Positions 24,178 to 35,631 of a stretch of DNA of 64,000 nt are shown in pieces. The first letter of the stretch is position 1, and every line of letters starts with the position of its first letter. The stretch is from the NCBI RefSeq assembly GCF_036321535.1, contig NC_087437.1, positions 120,840,001 through 120,904,000 of the forward strand. Direction: 5' to 3'. Position numbers and translations under genes: made by a program. The DNA is from Camelus dromedarius. Its lineage: Eukaryota. The notes beneath the pieces were generated by a model that had not been told where the DNA came from, made no database searches, and worked only from the letters and a program-made list of their open reading frames with translations.

Positions 24178-24463
24178 GGTCCAGAGTCCAGGGGGCATGG
24201 ATGTGACCTCTCCGGGCGCCCAGCCTTCCCCCAGGCAGGCTCCCGCTGGGTCCAGAGTCCAGGGGACGTGGATGTGGCCTCTCCAGGCGCCCAGCCTTCC
24301 CCCAGGCAGGCTCCCGCTGGGTCCAGAGTCCAGGGGACGTGGATGTGGCCTCTCCAGGCGCCCAGCCTTCCCCCAGGCAGGCTCCCGCTGGGTCCAGTGT
24401 CCAGGGGACATGGATGTGACCTCTCCGGGCGCCCAGCCTTCCCCCAGGCAGGTTCCCACTGGG
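24178..24463. repeat. Minisatellite, 4 copies of a 71-bp unit
   Basis: ccagagtcc/ccagtgtcc anchors at 24181, 24252, 24323 and 24394 (period 71). Confidence 0.95.
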
Positions 24464-26329
24464 CCAAGAAAGGAGCCTAGTTTTTAGGGCAACATCATCT
24501 TGATTTCTGCAAAATGACTGACATAGAGAAGGATTTGGACAGATGACATTCCTTTAAACCTGGGGCGATCTGGGGGGCCTCGGTGGGCCCCAAAGCTGGC
24601 TCAGAAAAGCCTGCGGGAGGTCACGTTCTCACCCGTGTCCACCTGCCCAGCCTGTCCCCTCCACTGGGCCCACATCTCTCCTGTCCTTCCGTCCTGGGAT
24701 GCGTGTCCACACAGCTTTACTGGTTTAGATGTGTTACACACATGCAGACTTGTTGAGAAACATCAGACATTTGTACCTTTTTCCTCCACAGAGACCATCC
24801 ACCGAGGACAGAGGTGTAAATTCACTTGCCATCGACAGGAACTCGGTGGTTCTGCAGATCGGCGTCTCTGGGAAAGGTTGGAGTTCTCCCTGAGAACCTG
24901 GCCGTCCCTGGGAGCCGGCACCGGGGCGGGGGGTCTGGGCCGGGCATGGTCCACGGGTGCCTTTCTCCTGAAGACCTCCGGCCCCACTTTCTGCTGAGAA
25001 GAGCACCCGAGCCTGCTGGAGGTCACGTTTGCACCTGGAGGCAGCACTTGGACCTGACGGAACCGGCCGGGGGACTTCTCAGTGTGGCGCTCGCGGCTGA
25101 GGACGGTGGGCCTGGTGCCCGTGACTGAGACACGGAGTTAAGCATCACCCATGTTTCCAAGAAGGTTCGTCCCCAAATCAAATCCATGGCAGTGCGTTAA
25201 AAACATCATCACTTTCGAAATACGTTGTCTTGTGTAAGTGACATGAGCAACGTATATCGCAGGACAAGTGGAGGCTGACACTGGCTTTTTTATATTTGAA
25301 TGTTATCAAGTTCATCTGTGATGAGATGCAGGTGGGAAATTCACTTTTTTTAAAACCTAAACTCATGTCTTTATTGTATGTTGTTTAAAAATGGCAAAAT
25401 GGTGTAAGGTTTTGTGAGCCAGAAATGCCGGGGAGTGGGGTCTGGATGCTGGGATTCCGGGGGGCTGCCCTTTGGGCAGGTGCAGTCCTGGGGTCGCTGT
25501 CTGACAAAGGGAGGTGTTGCATGACCGTGCCGGCAGGTGGAGGAGTCTGACGGGGAGCTGAGCCCTTTCCGAGGGGTCTCCATCCTTGCTGGCGCCCAGG
25601 GCTGGGCAAGAGGGTGCGAGCCGGGAAGGGCTTTCCCGTTCTTGCTTCAGGGCAGTTAGGGAGGAGACAGGCCCGTAGGAGACCGCTGAGCCTTCCTTGC
25701 TGATGCGCCCCCACCCGAGGGGCCTGAAGCTCCCTCCTGGGGTCTAGGGAGCCGCTCCTGGGTTAGCAGGAGCCTGCAGCGAGGAGAAGGAGGGCCAGGA
25801 TCCTGGTGGGGCACCTGCCTATAGACCAAGCAATTGAACCACAAGCTACAGACCCCAAGCCCGTCCCCACCCTCAACTGGGAACACAGCCACCAACAGGG
25901 CCACCGACCACCCACCCCCACCCCATCCCCTCCTCTGTCCCCACCCACTGGGACCCTCAGCCCGCCCTGCTCCTCAGTCAGGGACCCCCCAGCCCCGCCT
26001 GCTCTGTCCCCAGCTTGTGGTGCTGGGGTAGGTCCCAGGGCAGAAAGTGAATGCCGATTCTGGGTCGGATTTAGCAGGATTCCTGTCCTCATGGACACGG
26101 TCAACGTCTTGGTTAGATCTTTAGTATAACTGGCCCCTCTCTAGAGCTTGGGAGCGACACTCACAGCTGGCGGTTGCTGGCCACAAAGAGGGTGGTTTTT
26201 GGGTTCTTCTCTGTGTTCTTCTGTACTTTCCAAATTCCCCACAAAGTGCATCAGAAAGAACATCGCACATGCTGACAGCAGTGGAAAGGCGTGTCTTGAA
26301 GTCCACACGTCTGTGTTTGGAGTGTAGTC

Positions 26330-26880
26330 TGTCAACAAAAATAACCAGCAAACAAGCAATGATTAGAATAGAAGAGTTTTATCTGAGCCAAACTGAGGAC
26401 CAGCCCGGAAGCCCGCTTCCCAGCCTCCTCCGAGAAACCGCTCCGGAGAAGCAGGGCTCCCAGCACAGCTTTGCGTCTTGTCAGAACAAAGAGCATTCGG
26501 CAAGTCAGGGATGTGTCCCTTCAAGGTTTCAAAAAAAGGAGCAGCCAGGCAGACGCAGCGAGTCAGCGCGGCCTCGGCACCTGGCGGGGTCTCGTCACCG
26601 AAGGAGGCCCGGCGCTGGCGCCCGGGGAGGGCGCTTCATCTGTGTTTTCAACACGGACCTTCTTTCCTTCTGGTCAGCGTGCCCTTTTCTGTGGTAACTG
26701 AAGCCGATGGACGGTGCGTGTTTGACGGGCCGCAGGTGCTGTTTCGGTCAGCATCAGGTTCAAGGGCGCCCACGCACAAGCCAGAGGGCCCCCTTACGTC
26801 TCAGGATGTGAACGTGTGTCAAATCTCACGGGAGGAAGACGTGCCCTGAGCACGGACCGGCTTCTGCTGTGTTGCTCTCT
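26330..26880 (-). mobile_element. Probable ERV1-type LTR
   Basis: Starts tgtcaacaaaaa, then gagttttatctgagccaaactgaggac...gagaaaccgctccggagaagc, resembling antisense ERV1 LTR U5/R. Far boundary uncertain. Confidence 0.5.
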
Positions 26881-28129
26881 CCCCCCACCCCCCATCGTGA
26901 CTCCACGCCAGGGGCGCGGGCCCTTCTGCGGCCGTGTGGCTGGCAGCCGCCGTTCCCTGCGCCCTGACGGAGTGGCCCGGCATCTGTCGGCTCGCAGGAC
27001 CCTCTCTAGAACCTTACAGAGAGGCCGCACTGCGCCACACGCAGACACAGGGCCCTGCGCTGGGCAGGCTCGCAAGGCCTGCAGGCCTGGCCCCACCTTC
27101 ACTTGGGCTTCCTGCGACAGGGAAAACTTAAATAAGAAACCTGAGGCTGGGGGACTCGAAAGGGAGTTACTCACATTCCAATTTGATGGGCAGAAAGAAG
27201 ATTCTAGGACGAGAGTCTTGGTGTGGCCAAAAGAGGAACCAAGACGCACCCCCCCCCATGCCCGCGCCCGTCTGGTCCCAGGAGGGGACGGCGGTGGCAG
27301 CACGGTGTGGGGCGGACTTCTGAGCCCCTACACCTCTACGTGTGGGTGCATTGCGCTTGTGTTCATGTGTGCGGACTCATGTCTCCTCAGAGAGACCCTG
27401 CTTTCTGCAGAAACCCTTCTCCGGGAGGGAGGCGCCCTGTCATGCAGCCCAGCTGACCAGAGGTGACCTAGGTGACCGGGGCTGGGGGAGTTCTGGACAG
27501 CAGCCTTCCTACAGGTTTCTTGTCATGAACCAGCAGGTTTGGCCCAGAGGCAGTGCCTGGGGGCCCTGTCAGCAGCCCCCCGAGACACGCCAAGTGCTAA
27601 CCGGCCCCTCCTGCCCCTCCCCTGGACGAACCCGCAGCCCGGGTGCTCGAATGCCCAGGGAAGGCGGCCTGCTCGCCTAGGTGCCCCAGGTCAAGGGCGG
27701 CCAGACGTCCTGCTCTTCTCGCCAGGTAGCCCTGGCTCGGGGCCTTCGGGCCTGGAGGGGCCCCACTCACTTCCTCCCTGTGCCCGCGGCTTGCGCTGGT
27801 GGAATGTTCTCCTGGAAGCTAATCTCCACGTTCTGGGTGTGGAGTTTCCCTGGCAGGTGGCTCGGAGAAAGTAAACACAGCCGGGACTTGCCTGGAGGAA
27901 GCAAATCACCCCAGCAGCCAGTTGGGGCTTCCCGTGGCCTCTGGCCAGGACCCACACTTTCTCCAAGTGCGCCCTCAAGACCTGGACTCGGGGCCTGTCC
28001 AGCCAGCGTGTTTGGGTAGACGGCAGGTTCCAGAACAAACCAGCGAATTGCTTAGTGCCACTGAGTAAACAGGGAACGCGGCGAATTTCACGTGGCGTGT
28101 ACTTCGCCACAGAAACAAGTCAGTCAGTC

Positions 28130-28620
28130 CGCGGAAGAACCACGGCACTGGCAGCTCGGCCTGCAGGTGGGAGGCCTGGCCCCACGTGGCTGGGCCTGGT
28201 CCGGGCCTCGGGTCCGACACCCGTGCTGGCCGGGCCACGGCTTCAGTGCAGCACAGGCCCTTCCACACTCACAGCAGCTGTCGGCAGAACCCAGTTCCTT
28301 GCAGGTACCGGCCCGAGAGCCCTGTTTTCCGGTTGGCTGTCAGTCAGGGGCTGCTCTCTGGGCTGGAGGGCGTCCCAGTCCTTCCCTGGTGTCCCGCTGT
28401 CCCTCAGCCAGCACCAGCCACGGAAGACTCCCGGCTCCCAGAGGGCTTGTGTCCTGAGGCCGCGGCCAGATCCTCTCCCCGACGGCAGGTCAGCGGGTTA
28501 GTTGCGGAATCACGTGCTCAGATCCCTTGGCAGAGTGTCCTGCGATCACGGGAGCAGCCTCGGGCTGAGACCCCCCAGTCCCCTGCTGACCTAGTGCTGG
28601 GGTTGGCCTGCTGTCCCTTC
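28130..28620 (-). mobile_element. MaLR (MLT1E/F-like) LTR remnant
   Basis: gtcggcagaacccagttccttgcagg...ccctgttttccggttggctgtcagtcagggg. Boundaries approximate. Confidence 0.5.
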
Positions 28621-29399
28621 CACCAGAGTCCCATCCACGCCAGGGCTTTTCAGTCACGAGGGGCCCGCGAAACGCAGGTGCCACTTGGAGGTCTGGGGTC
28701 ACGCTCCCGTGGTGCCCAGGCTGCTATCCACCGTGAGCAGTGTGTCTAGAGGTCACCCCTCCTGACGGGCGCTCTCCAACCCCCCCGAGGGCCCCACCTC
28801 ATCCAGTCATCAACCTGCTCACCTGCCTGAGGACCGAGGCCCAGCCAGCAGCGGCGCCCCCGTGGGAGACAGGCCTCCGCCCCAGACGGGGAGGCCGCGA
28901 TGCTGAGGGGCAGGAGCAGGCCCAGCGCTTCTGAGCGCCCTGCCCCGCGTTTCAGGGCTGACCCTGGATTCCTTGCCAGTGGCTGCGAGCTGCCTTTGCG
29001 GCACCAGGGCGGCCAGCCGGGGGCTGTCGCTGCCCCGCTCAGTGGGCCGGCGGCGTTTCCTGGAGCTAATCCCGAGGTTGCGCTGGCCCCACCACAGGGT
29101 GACAGTAGAATTTCGTGTCTCGTGCTATGGTTCAACTCCGCAAACGTCTGCCACAGGGCACTCTTGCCAAACAGAGTTAAACTGGAGTCCAGAAGCCTTC
29201 AGAGTGAACTTGCAGCCGCAGGGATGACAAGGGATGGGAAAACCAGCCGCCAGGCCAACGCTGGCTGTGGGCGTTCCGCATGACGCCGGCCTGGCTCCCT
29301 GTCAGCGCCGCTGGGGCGGCCTGTGCTCCAGGGACCCCACACCCGGGGCTGTGACAGATCACGTGCAGCCTGGGTTGAGTCCTCTCCAGGAGAGACCAG

Positions 29400-29720
29400 C
29401 TGTAGAAGATGTTCTTGGGCCATTTGGGAGATTGGAACATGAACTGAGGATTAGACATTACAAAAGAATTTGCCCTGATTTTGTTAAGCTGATGAAGTTG
29501 TTTATGGGAAAAATATGTGTATTTTTTAAGAGACGCAAACAGAAATATTTCAGGGAGGATTGGCATGAGGGTTGTGGTTTGCCGTCCGATTATTCAGCAT
29601 GAATAAAGTAGCAAGAAAACATGCCAATAGTAAGGGTGAGATTAATGCTGTTAGCGGTCCCACTCCCCTGCCCCAACTGTGTAATTCAGAATGAAACTTC
29701 ATGGTTTTGAAATGTAATAA
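29400..29720 (+). mobile_element. Old L1 (L1MC/ME-like) 3' UTR fragment
   Basis: AT-rich; ttgggagattggaacatgaactgaggattagacatt...agagacgcaaacagaaatatttcaggg. Confidence 0.5.
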
Positions 29721-29851
29721 CAAGTATAGACTCAAGTGGTAGAAATAACCCATGGTGTGTGAGGTAAGATTAGGTGGTCCACTCTTTAGAAAGGAGGATA
29801 TTTGCCTCTCCTTACAATTTCTGGAAAATATAATTTTTAAAAGATTGATAA

Positions 29852-30471
29852 GGCATGATGGTTAATTTTATGTGTTGGCTTGGCTGGGCCATGGTCGGTA
29901 CTCAGACATTTGGTCAAACACATTTGGATGTTGCATTAAAAATTTTTTAAAGATGAGATTAACATTAAATCACACAGGGAACTATGTTCAATATCTTGTA
30001 ATAACCTTTAATGAAAACAAATGAGAACAAATATATACATGTATCTGCATGACTGGGACATTGTGCTGTACACCAGAAATTGACACACTGTAACTGACTA
30101 TACTTCAATTAAAAAAAATGAGATATCCCCAAGTTAAAAAAAATTAAATCAATGGACTCCAAGTAAAGCAGATTGCCTTCCAAAAGGTGGGTGGGCCTCG
30201 TCTAATCAGTTGAAGGCCATAAGAGAAAACAGATTGAGGTCCCTTGAGGAGGAAGGAATTCTGCCTCCAGATGGCCTTCAGACTTGAGCTGCAATATCAG
30301 CTCTTCCTGGGCCTCCAGCCTGCCCTGCAGACTTCGTACTTGCCAGCCTCCACAAGTGCCCAAGCTGATCCTTAAAATAAATCTCCTCCCCCACTTATAT
30401 CTATATACCAATATAGCTAGAGATATATCCCTTATTGGTTCTGTTTGTCCTGGAGAACCCTGATTCATACA
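29852..30471 (+). mobile_element. ERVL MLT2(B)-like LTR interrupted by a short L1
   Basis: tgatggttaattttatgtgt...gtaaagcagattgccttc...gggtgggcctcgtctaatcagttgaaggcc...ttggttctgtttgtcctggagaaccctgattcataca. Confidence 0.85.
29973..30142 (+). mobile_element. 5'-truncated younger L1 3' end inserted in MLT2
   Basis: cagggaactatgttcaatatcttgtaataacc...tgctgtacaccagaaattgacacactgtaactgactatacttcaatt plus A tail. Flanked by ATTAAATCA at 29964-29972 and 30143-30151 (candidate target-site duplication). Confidence 0.85.
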
Positions 30472-30699
30472 CAGGGAATGTTATAAGAAGCTGCAAATCC
30501 ACAGGAAGGTGTGGAGGGATGTGGTAGGTCATGGGGGTGGGATGGGGACCAGTGCTCTTTCTTAGGTAAGCTACACCAAAGGGCTCTGGGGTGGGCAGGG
30601 GACCCTGTGAGTCTGGTACTGGCTCTGGATGTGATGGCCTCCACACCTCTTCCAGGCCTTACCTGCCATGTCACCCCTGTCTGCTATGAAGTGTGACCC

Positions 30700-31290
30700 C
30701 TGAAGGGCCATTGTTCCTAATAAGGTGGAAGAGGTTTAACTTTAGCAGTAGGTCTTTTGTAACTTTCATGTTTTATTCACATAACCTACTTGAACTTAAT
30801 TCTAGTGTCAATCACCTTGATTCCCCTGTCTGCCCATCACTGTTTGTGGGTCTTCGTTTTGACTCACTGCTCATTTGCCCAGATAATTATTTGAGTTGGT
30901 TTTTCGGGTAGGATATGTTCTCAGTACAATTTCTGAACCCCCTGTATCTGAGAATTTTTTTCCTGCTGCCTGTACATGTGCAGAATGACCTGGCTGGGTA
31001 CAGACGTCGTGGTCTGGAGCTGTGGCGCTGTGGCCGCCCTCTGTAGTCTCCTGGTGTTTGCACAGAACTCTTTTGCCCCACTCTGAGTGTCTTCCTTTCA
31101 TGTTTTCTACTTGAAGATTCTCACCAGATTGTCATTAATTTTGTTTGGTACCAACAAGACTTTTTGTTAAATAGATTGAGATTGGTCTTCAGTTCAAGAA
31201 ACTTTCTTCTACTGTGTCTTTGATTACTGTCTCTGTTCAGTTTGTTCACGTTTCTTCCTCTGAAAAAGCAAGTCTGCACCTGCTGAGGAT
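30700..31290 (-). mobile_element. Degraded L1M/HAL1 ORF1-like fragment
   Basis: T-rich. The minus frame gives ...RRKFLELKTNLNL..., reminiscent of the L1 ORF1p ENFPEL segment. Confidence 0.45.
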
Positions 31291-31399
31291 GTGTGTTGGT
31301 GAGCCTGGGCCAGGGGGGCAGGGCTGCTTCTCCCAGATGCACTCCACGGTCCTTACTTGTCACAGGTAAGCAGGCAGGTGAGGGTTCAGGAGCCCAGAC

Positions 31400-31575
31400 C
31401 AGAGCCTGGCCACCGGGATGACCAGCTGTCTGGCTGTGGGCAAGCTATCTAGCCGTTCCCAGCCTCAGTTTCCCCACCTGTAGCAGAGGCGGTCACGGGA
31501 GCCCTCCGTCAGCTGAGCGGGAGGGCTCAGGGTGCTGTGCACACGCGGCCTCAGAGCTGGTTTGCTCATTTTTGC
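31400..31575. mobile_element. MIR SINE fragment
   Basis: gggcaagctatctagccgttcccagcctcagtttccccacctgtag. Confidence 0.55.
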
Positions 31576-33699
31576 TGTTATTGTGACCACCAAACAGATG
31601 CAGAACACTCTGTCTCCTTGGAGGCCCCCGCGTACCCTTGGCTGACGTGCTTGGCCCAGCTTCCCTGGCCTGCAGTCTGCGGCCTCCTCGGGGGTTGAGG
31701 AGAGGGCTACTCTCTGAACTGCCCGTCCCCTGCCCAAGGCCCTGCCCTGCCTGGCCCTGACCTCTGAGCCGGGTGGGCGCCGGGCCCAGCAGGCCCGTCA
31801 GACCCCTTCCTCAGGAGTGTGGAGCTGCGGCAACCTGCCCAGCACGCCAGGACTGAGGGCGGAATGTTCTCAGACCGCGAGTGGTCCAGGTCCCCGCCAG
31901 GCGGACTCGCGCGTGGCCGGGGGAGGGGAGGGAGGGCGGCATCCAGCGCCAGCGAGGAGCAGAGACGAGGGCTGAGACCAGAGCCCGGGCAGCGGGCATC
32001 CCGGCCACCCACTGCTCCTGACCTTGGCTGGGACTCCCACCCCTCCTCCTACGCTCCCGTCTGCACCTGCAAGTCTGAGCTGGGTTCTGGGAGGTGCGGT
32101 CAAGCATAACCAAGAGGAGGCCCTTTCCCCACTCAAGTTCTCTGTCGCACAGAGGTTTCCCGGTCCATCTGGACGCAGGACTGATTTTTCACCTCTCCGT
32201 GCCTTCATGAGCCCCCCAGTGAGGCCCGTCCTCAGGCCGCCCGGGGGCAGACCGATCAAGGAGCTTCTGTTCTCTGAGTGCTTAGCCTGGGTTCTCTGCC
32301 TCTTCTTTCTTCACTCAGTTTTCTTCTTCATACTGACAGACGTCCTGCCCTTGAACTGTCCTTGCACTGCTAACGTAAACCCACTGGGTGGCCAAGCACG
32401 ATGACTGGATACCTTGGCACCGTGGCTGATAGTTCGGCAGAACATTTTGGCAACTATTTTATCCAGAATGTTTGCATCTCTGGACACAAGTGAAATGGCA
32501 TCATTTTCACACGCTACCGTTATGAAAGCTGTGTTTTCATACATTAGAGGAGGCTTTCCATCTTTTTCCTGTGTCTAGAAAAGTTTACACAAGATGGAAA
32601 TATCGACTTAAAAAGTAAATAAAATTTAGCCGAATTTGAACTTCAAAGCTGAATTTTGCCAAAGAGAGAGCTTTAGCCACCTTTCTAATTTCTTCTCTGG
32701 AAGCTGGACTTGAAATGTTCCAGTTCTAGGACTGATTTTGGTCATTTTGGTCATTTTTTGGTCTGTTTTGCTAGAGAAGCAACCGTTCCCTCCGTGTTCC
32801 TTGGGGATGGGTCTGACTCCCTCGGTTACAGCCCCCACAGTCCTGGGGCAGGATGTGCTGCCCAGCCCGGGGTCCTGCCCACCCTCCTGCCGTGCCTCTG
32901 GGCAGGGGCCGGGCAGGGACCGCGGGTCCAGCTTGGGACCAAGGCCTCCCTTCGGATTACGCCTCAGTACCACGTGGCTGTGCTTACACGGGGGACGTTC
33001 TCACTTGGGAAGCAAACAGTGGGTTGGGTTTGCAGGGCAGTGGTGACAACAGATACTTTGGGGGGAGAGGTGACAGGGCATTTTCCCCCGGGTGCTGCCT
33101 TAATCAGCAGATGCCACTCCCGCCTCACCGCTGTGGGATATTCTTCACCAGACATTATCTTGTTTGAAAACGAGTTCAGCTGGTTGATCCAGCTCAGGGC
33201 CCAGCAAGCCTGGCCTTCCTAATGCTGGCTTCATGCCTTTTTAGCTTTTTATTAAGTTTAAATTCCCTTTAAGTTCTATTATAATTTAATGTGCCATTTT
33301 TCTTTTTAAGCATTTCAAATACCTGACAAGGAACATTTACACCACAAACACACCAATCCTCTTCAACACTTCAATTACTCTTTATCTAATGAATTAAGCT
33401 TATAACAGATCACGTTCACACACCCGTTCTGATACTGTCTTACAAGCTTAAATAGTTGAACAACTCTCAGCGTAAAATCACAACTCTAATGGAAATCATA
33501 CGTTATTCCTAAACTTACCTTTGAAGATAACTACTACAAAAAGGTTGAAATGGTGCATTCTTTCTACTAAAATTTGTTGTTTGGCTAAATTATAGCTTAA
33601 TGCTAACTCTGCTGTGTCTATAAAGAAGTTAATGATCTGTAAAGCTTAACTTTTTATGATAAAAATAGTTACGTTTTTATGTGTAGCCCGTTTTTTAAA

Positions 33700-35110
33700 A
33701 TTATAGTATATATATATATATATATACACACCATGACATTTACCATTTTAACCATTTTTAAGTGCACACTTCACCGCATCGCGTACACCCACACCACTGT
33801 GAAACCGCCCCCACCGTCTACCTCCAGGACTGCCTCACGTCGCAGAACTGACACACCACGCCCGTTAGACAGGCGCCCTGGCCCTGGCAGCCGCCGGCTC
33901 TCTGCTGGGATTCCACTGCTCTAGGGAACTCAAGTAAGTGGAGTCACACAGTATTTGTCCCCTTGGCGTCTGGTTCATTTCACTCAGCATAACGTCCTCC
34001 GGGTTCATCCACCTGGTAGCAGGTGCCAGAATTTGCTTCCTCTTTAAGGCTGAATGCTGTTCATGGTGTGGATGGACCACACTTTGTTTATCCACCGTCT
34101 GCTGATGGACGATGTGCGAGTTCTTTTCCTTCCACCTTTTGGCTGCTGTGAATGTGCTGTGAACATGGGTGTGCAATTATCTGCTCAAGTCCCTGCTCTC
34201 ACTTCCCTTGGGTATAGACCCAGATGGAGGGTATGGTGACTGTATGTTTAATTCTTTTGAGGAAGCACCATCCTGTTTTCCGCTGCAGCTGCACCATTTT
34301 ACATCCTCACCAGTAGTGCGCAAGGTTTCCGATTTCTCCACATCCTCGCCCGCACTTTGGTTTTGTTTTCTACCGTTTGATGGTATTGTTGTTTTAATAA
34401 TAGCCGGCCTAATGGGGGTGAAGTGACACCTCTTTTGTGTTTGTTTTTTTTAATGTTCACTGCATTTTTTCAAAACTCTTTTTTGGGGGGGAGAGGGTAA
34501 TTGGGTTTATTTACTTAATTTTTTAAAAATGGAGGTGCTGGGGATTGAACCCAGGCCCTGGTACATGTGAAGTGCACACTCTACGCCTGAGCTCGCTGTA
34601 CCCTCCCTCCTTGTGTGGTTTTGATTTGCATTTGCTCCTGATCAGCCATATTGAGCATCTTCCCAGGTGCTTATTTCCAATTCTTTTTATCTCCTTTGGA
34701 AAGATGTCTATTCAAGTCCTTTACCCATTTTAAAAATCAGGGCCATTTGTTTTCTGCTGTTGAGTTCTAGGAGTTCCTTGTATATTCTGGGCACTAGCCC
34801 CTTAGATGACACGCAAATATTTCCCCTCATTCTGTGGTTTGTCTTTTCACTCTGTTGATAGTATACTTTGATGCACAAGAGTTTTAATTTTGATGTAAAT
34901 CAAATTTATCTAGTTTTTCTTTTGTTGCTTGTGCTCCCGGTGTCAGATCCAAGAAACCGCTGCCCAACCCAACGTCGTGAAGCTTGTCCTCTGTTTTCAT
35001 GTGAGAGTTTTACTGTTGTAGCTCCTGCAGTTTTGCCTCCGGTCCAGTTTGAGTTCATTTTTGTGTGAGGTGTGAGGTGAGGGTCCTACTTCATTCTTCA
35101 GCACGTGGAC
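33700..35110 (-). mobile_element. L1MB-like LINE-1 3' ~1.2 kb, with a (TA)n tract at its tail and an inserted SINE
   Basis: tttaccattttaaccatttttaagtg...; tgctgtgaacatgggtgtgcaa...; ggttttgatttgcatt...; gtctattcaagtcctttacccattt...; ttgagttcatttttgtgtgaggtgtgagg. Confidence 0.85.
34432..34607 (-). mobile_element. Vic-1-like camelid tRNA-derived SINE inside the L1MB
   Basis: Minus strand: ...gctcaggcgtagagtgtgcacttcacatgtaccagggcctgggttcaatccccagcacctccat...aaataaacccaattaccct, with Pol III A and B boxes. Confidence 0.8.
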
Positions 35111-35160
35111 ATGTGGGTGGGTGTCTTTAAGAAGACGTGGAAACGTTGTAGAAAAAAATG

Positions 35161-35631
35161 TGTTACAGCTCAGTGTTCCAGCTCAGTTGTGACAGCAGCC
35201 TGGATCCGGGCAAGAGACCAAGCAGCACTCGGAGAGTTGGAGAAAACTCAGGTTTATTACACCAGTGGGCCCAGAGGAGATAACACTCCAAGCTCAGGAC
35301 CCGTCTGTCGGTTTACACCGGCTTTTACAGGCTGCCAGTTTACACTTTGTAACATCATATGCAAATAAGGTATAACAAAAGTTGACTAATTAGGAACAAG
35401 CTTTGTAGAAATGGACCAATCAGGAGTGAGAGAAATAACCAATCAGGAGCGAAGGAAAGAACCAATCAGAAGTGAGCTCAGGGAACGAATAGCATTTTAG
35501 GTGTAAGTAAGCCGTTTCAGAAGCAAAAAGTGAGATAGAGCCTCTGGGCCAGGGAACCGGATGGTGCCGGCAGGAGAGTAGTGGCCCTGCCTGCGGGTCC
35601 TGCCAGTCTTTTTATGGGGCTTCCCGCCTCA
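35161..35631 (-). mobile_element. ERV LTR (471 bp, TG...CA)
   Basis: Minus strand begins TGAGGCGGG and ends GCTGTAACA. Three CCAAT boxes at 23-bp period (35416, 35439, 35462), TATA-like TGTAAAA (35329-35323) and AATAAA (35258-35253), in U3-R-U5 order. Confidence 0.8.

Noticed and set aside
24178..24463. CRISPR-like array
   Set aside because: Head-to-tail tandem units with no unique spacers, no cas genes, and a mammalian context.
33236..33700. NUMT (mitochondrial rRNA-like composition)
   Set aside because: I could not match any remembered 12S/16S or tRNA motif. A BLAST would be needed; kept only as an unexplained island.
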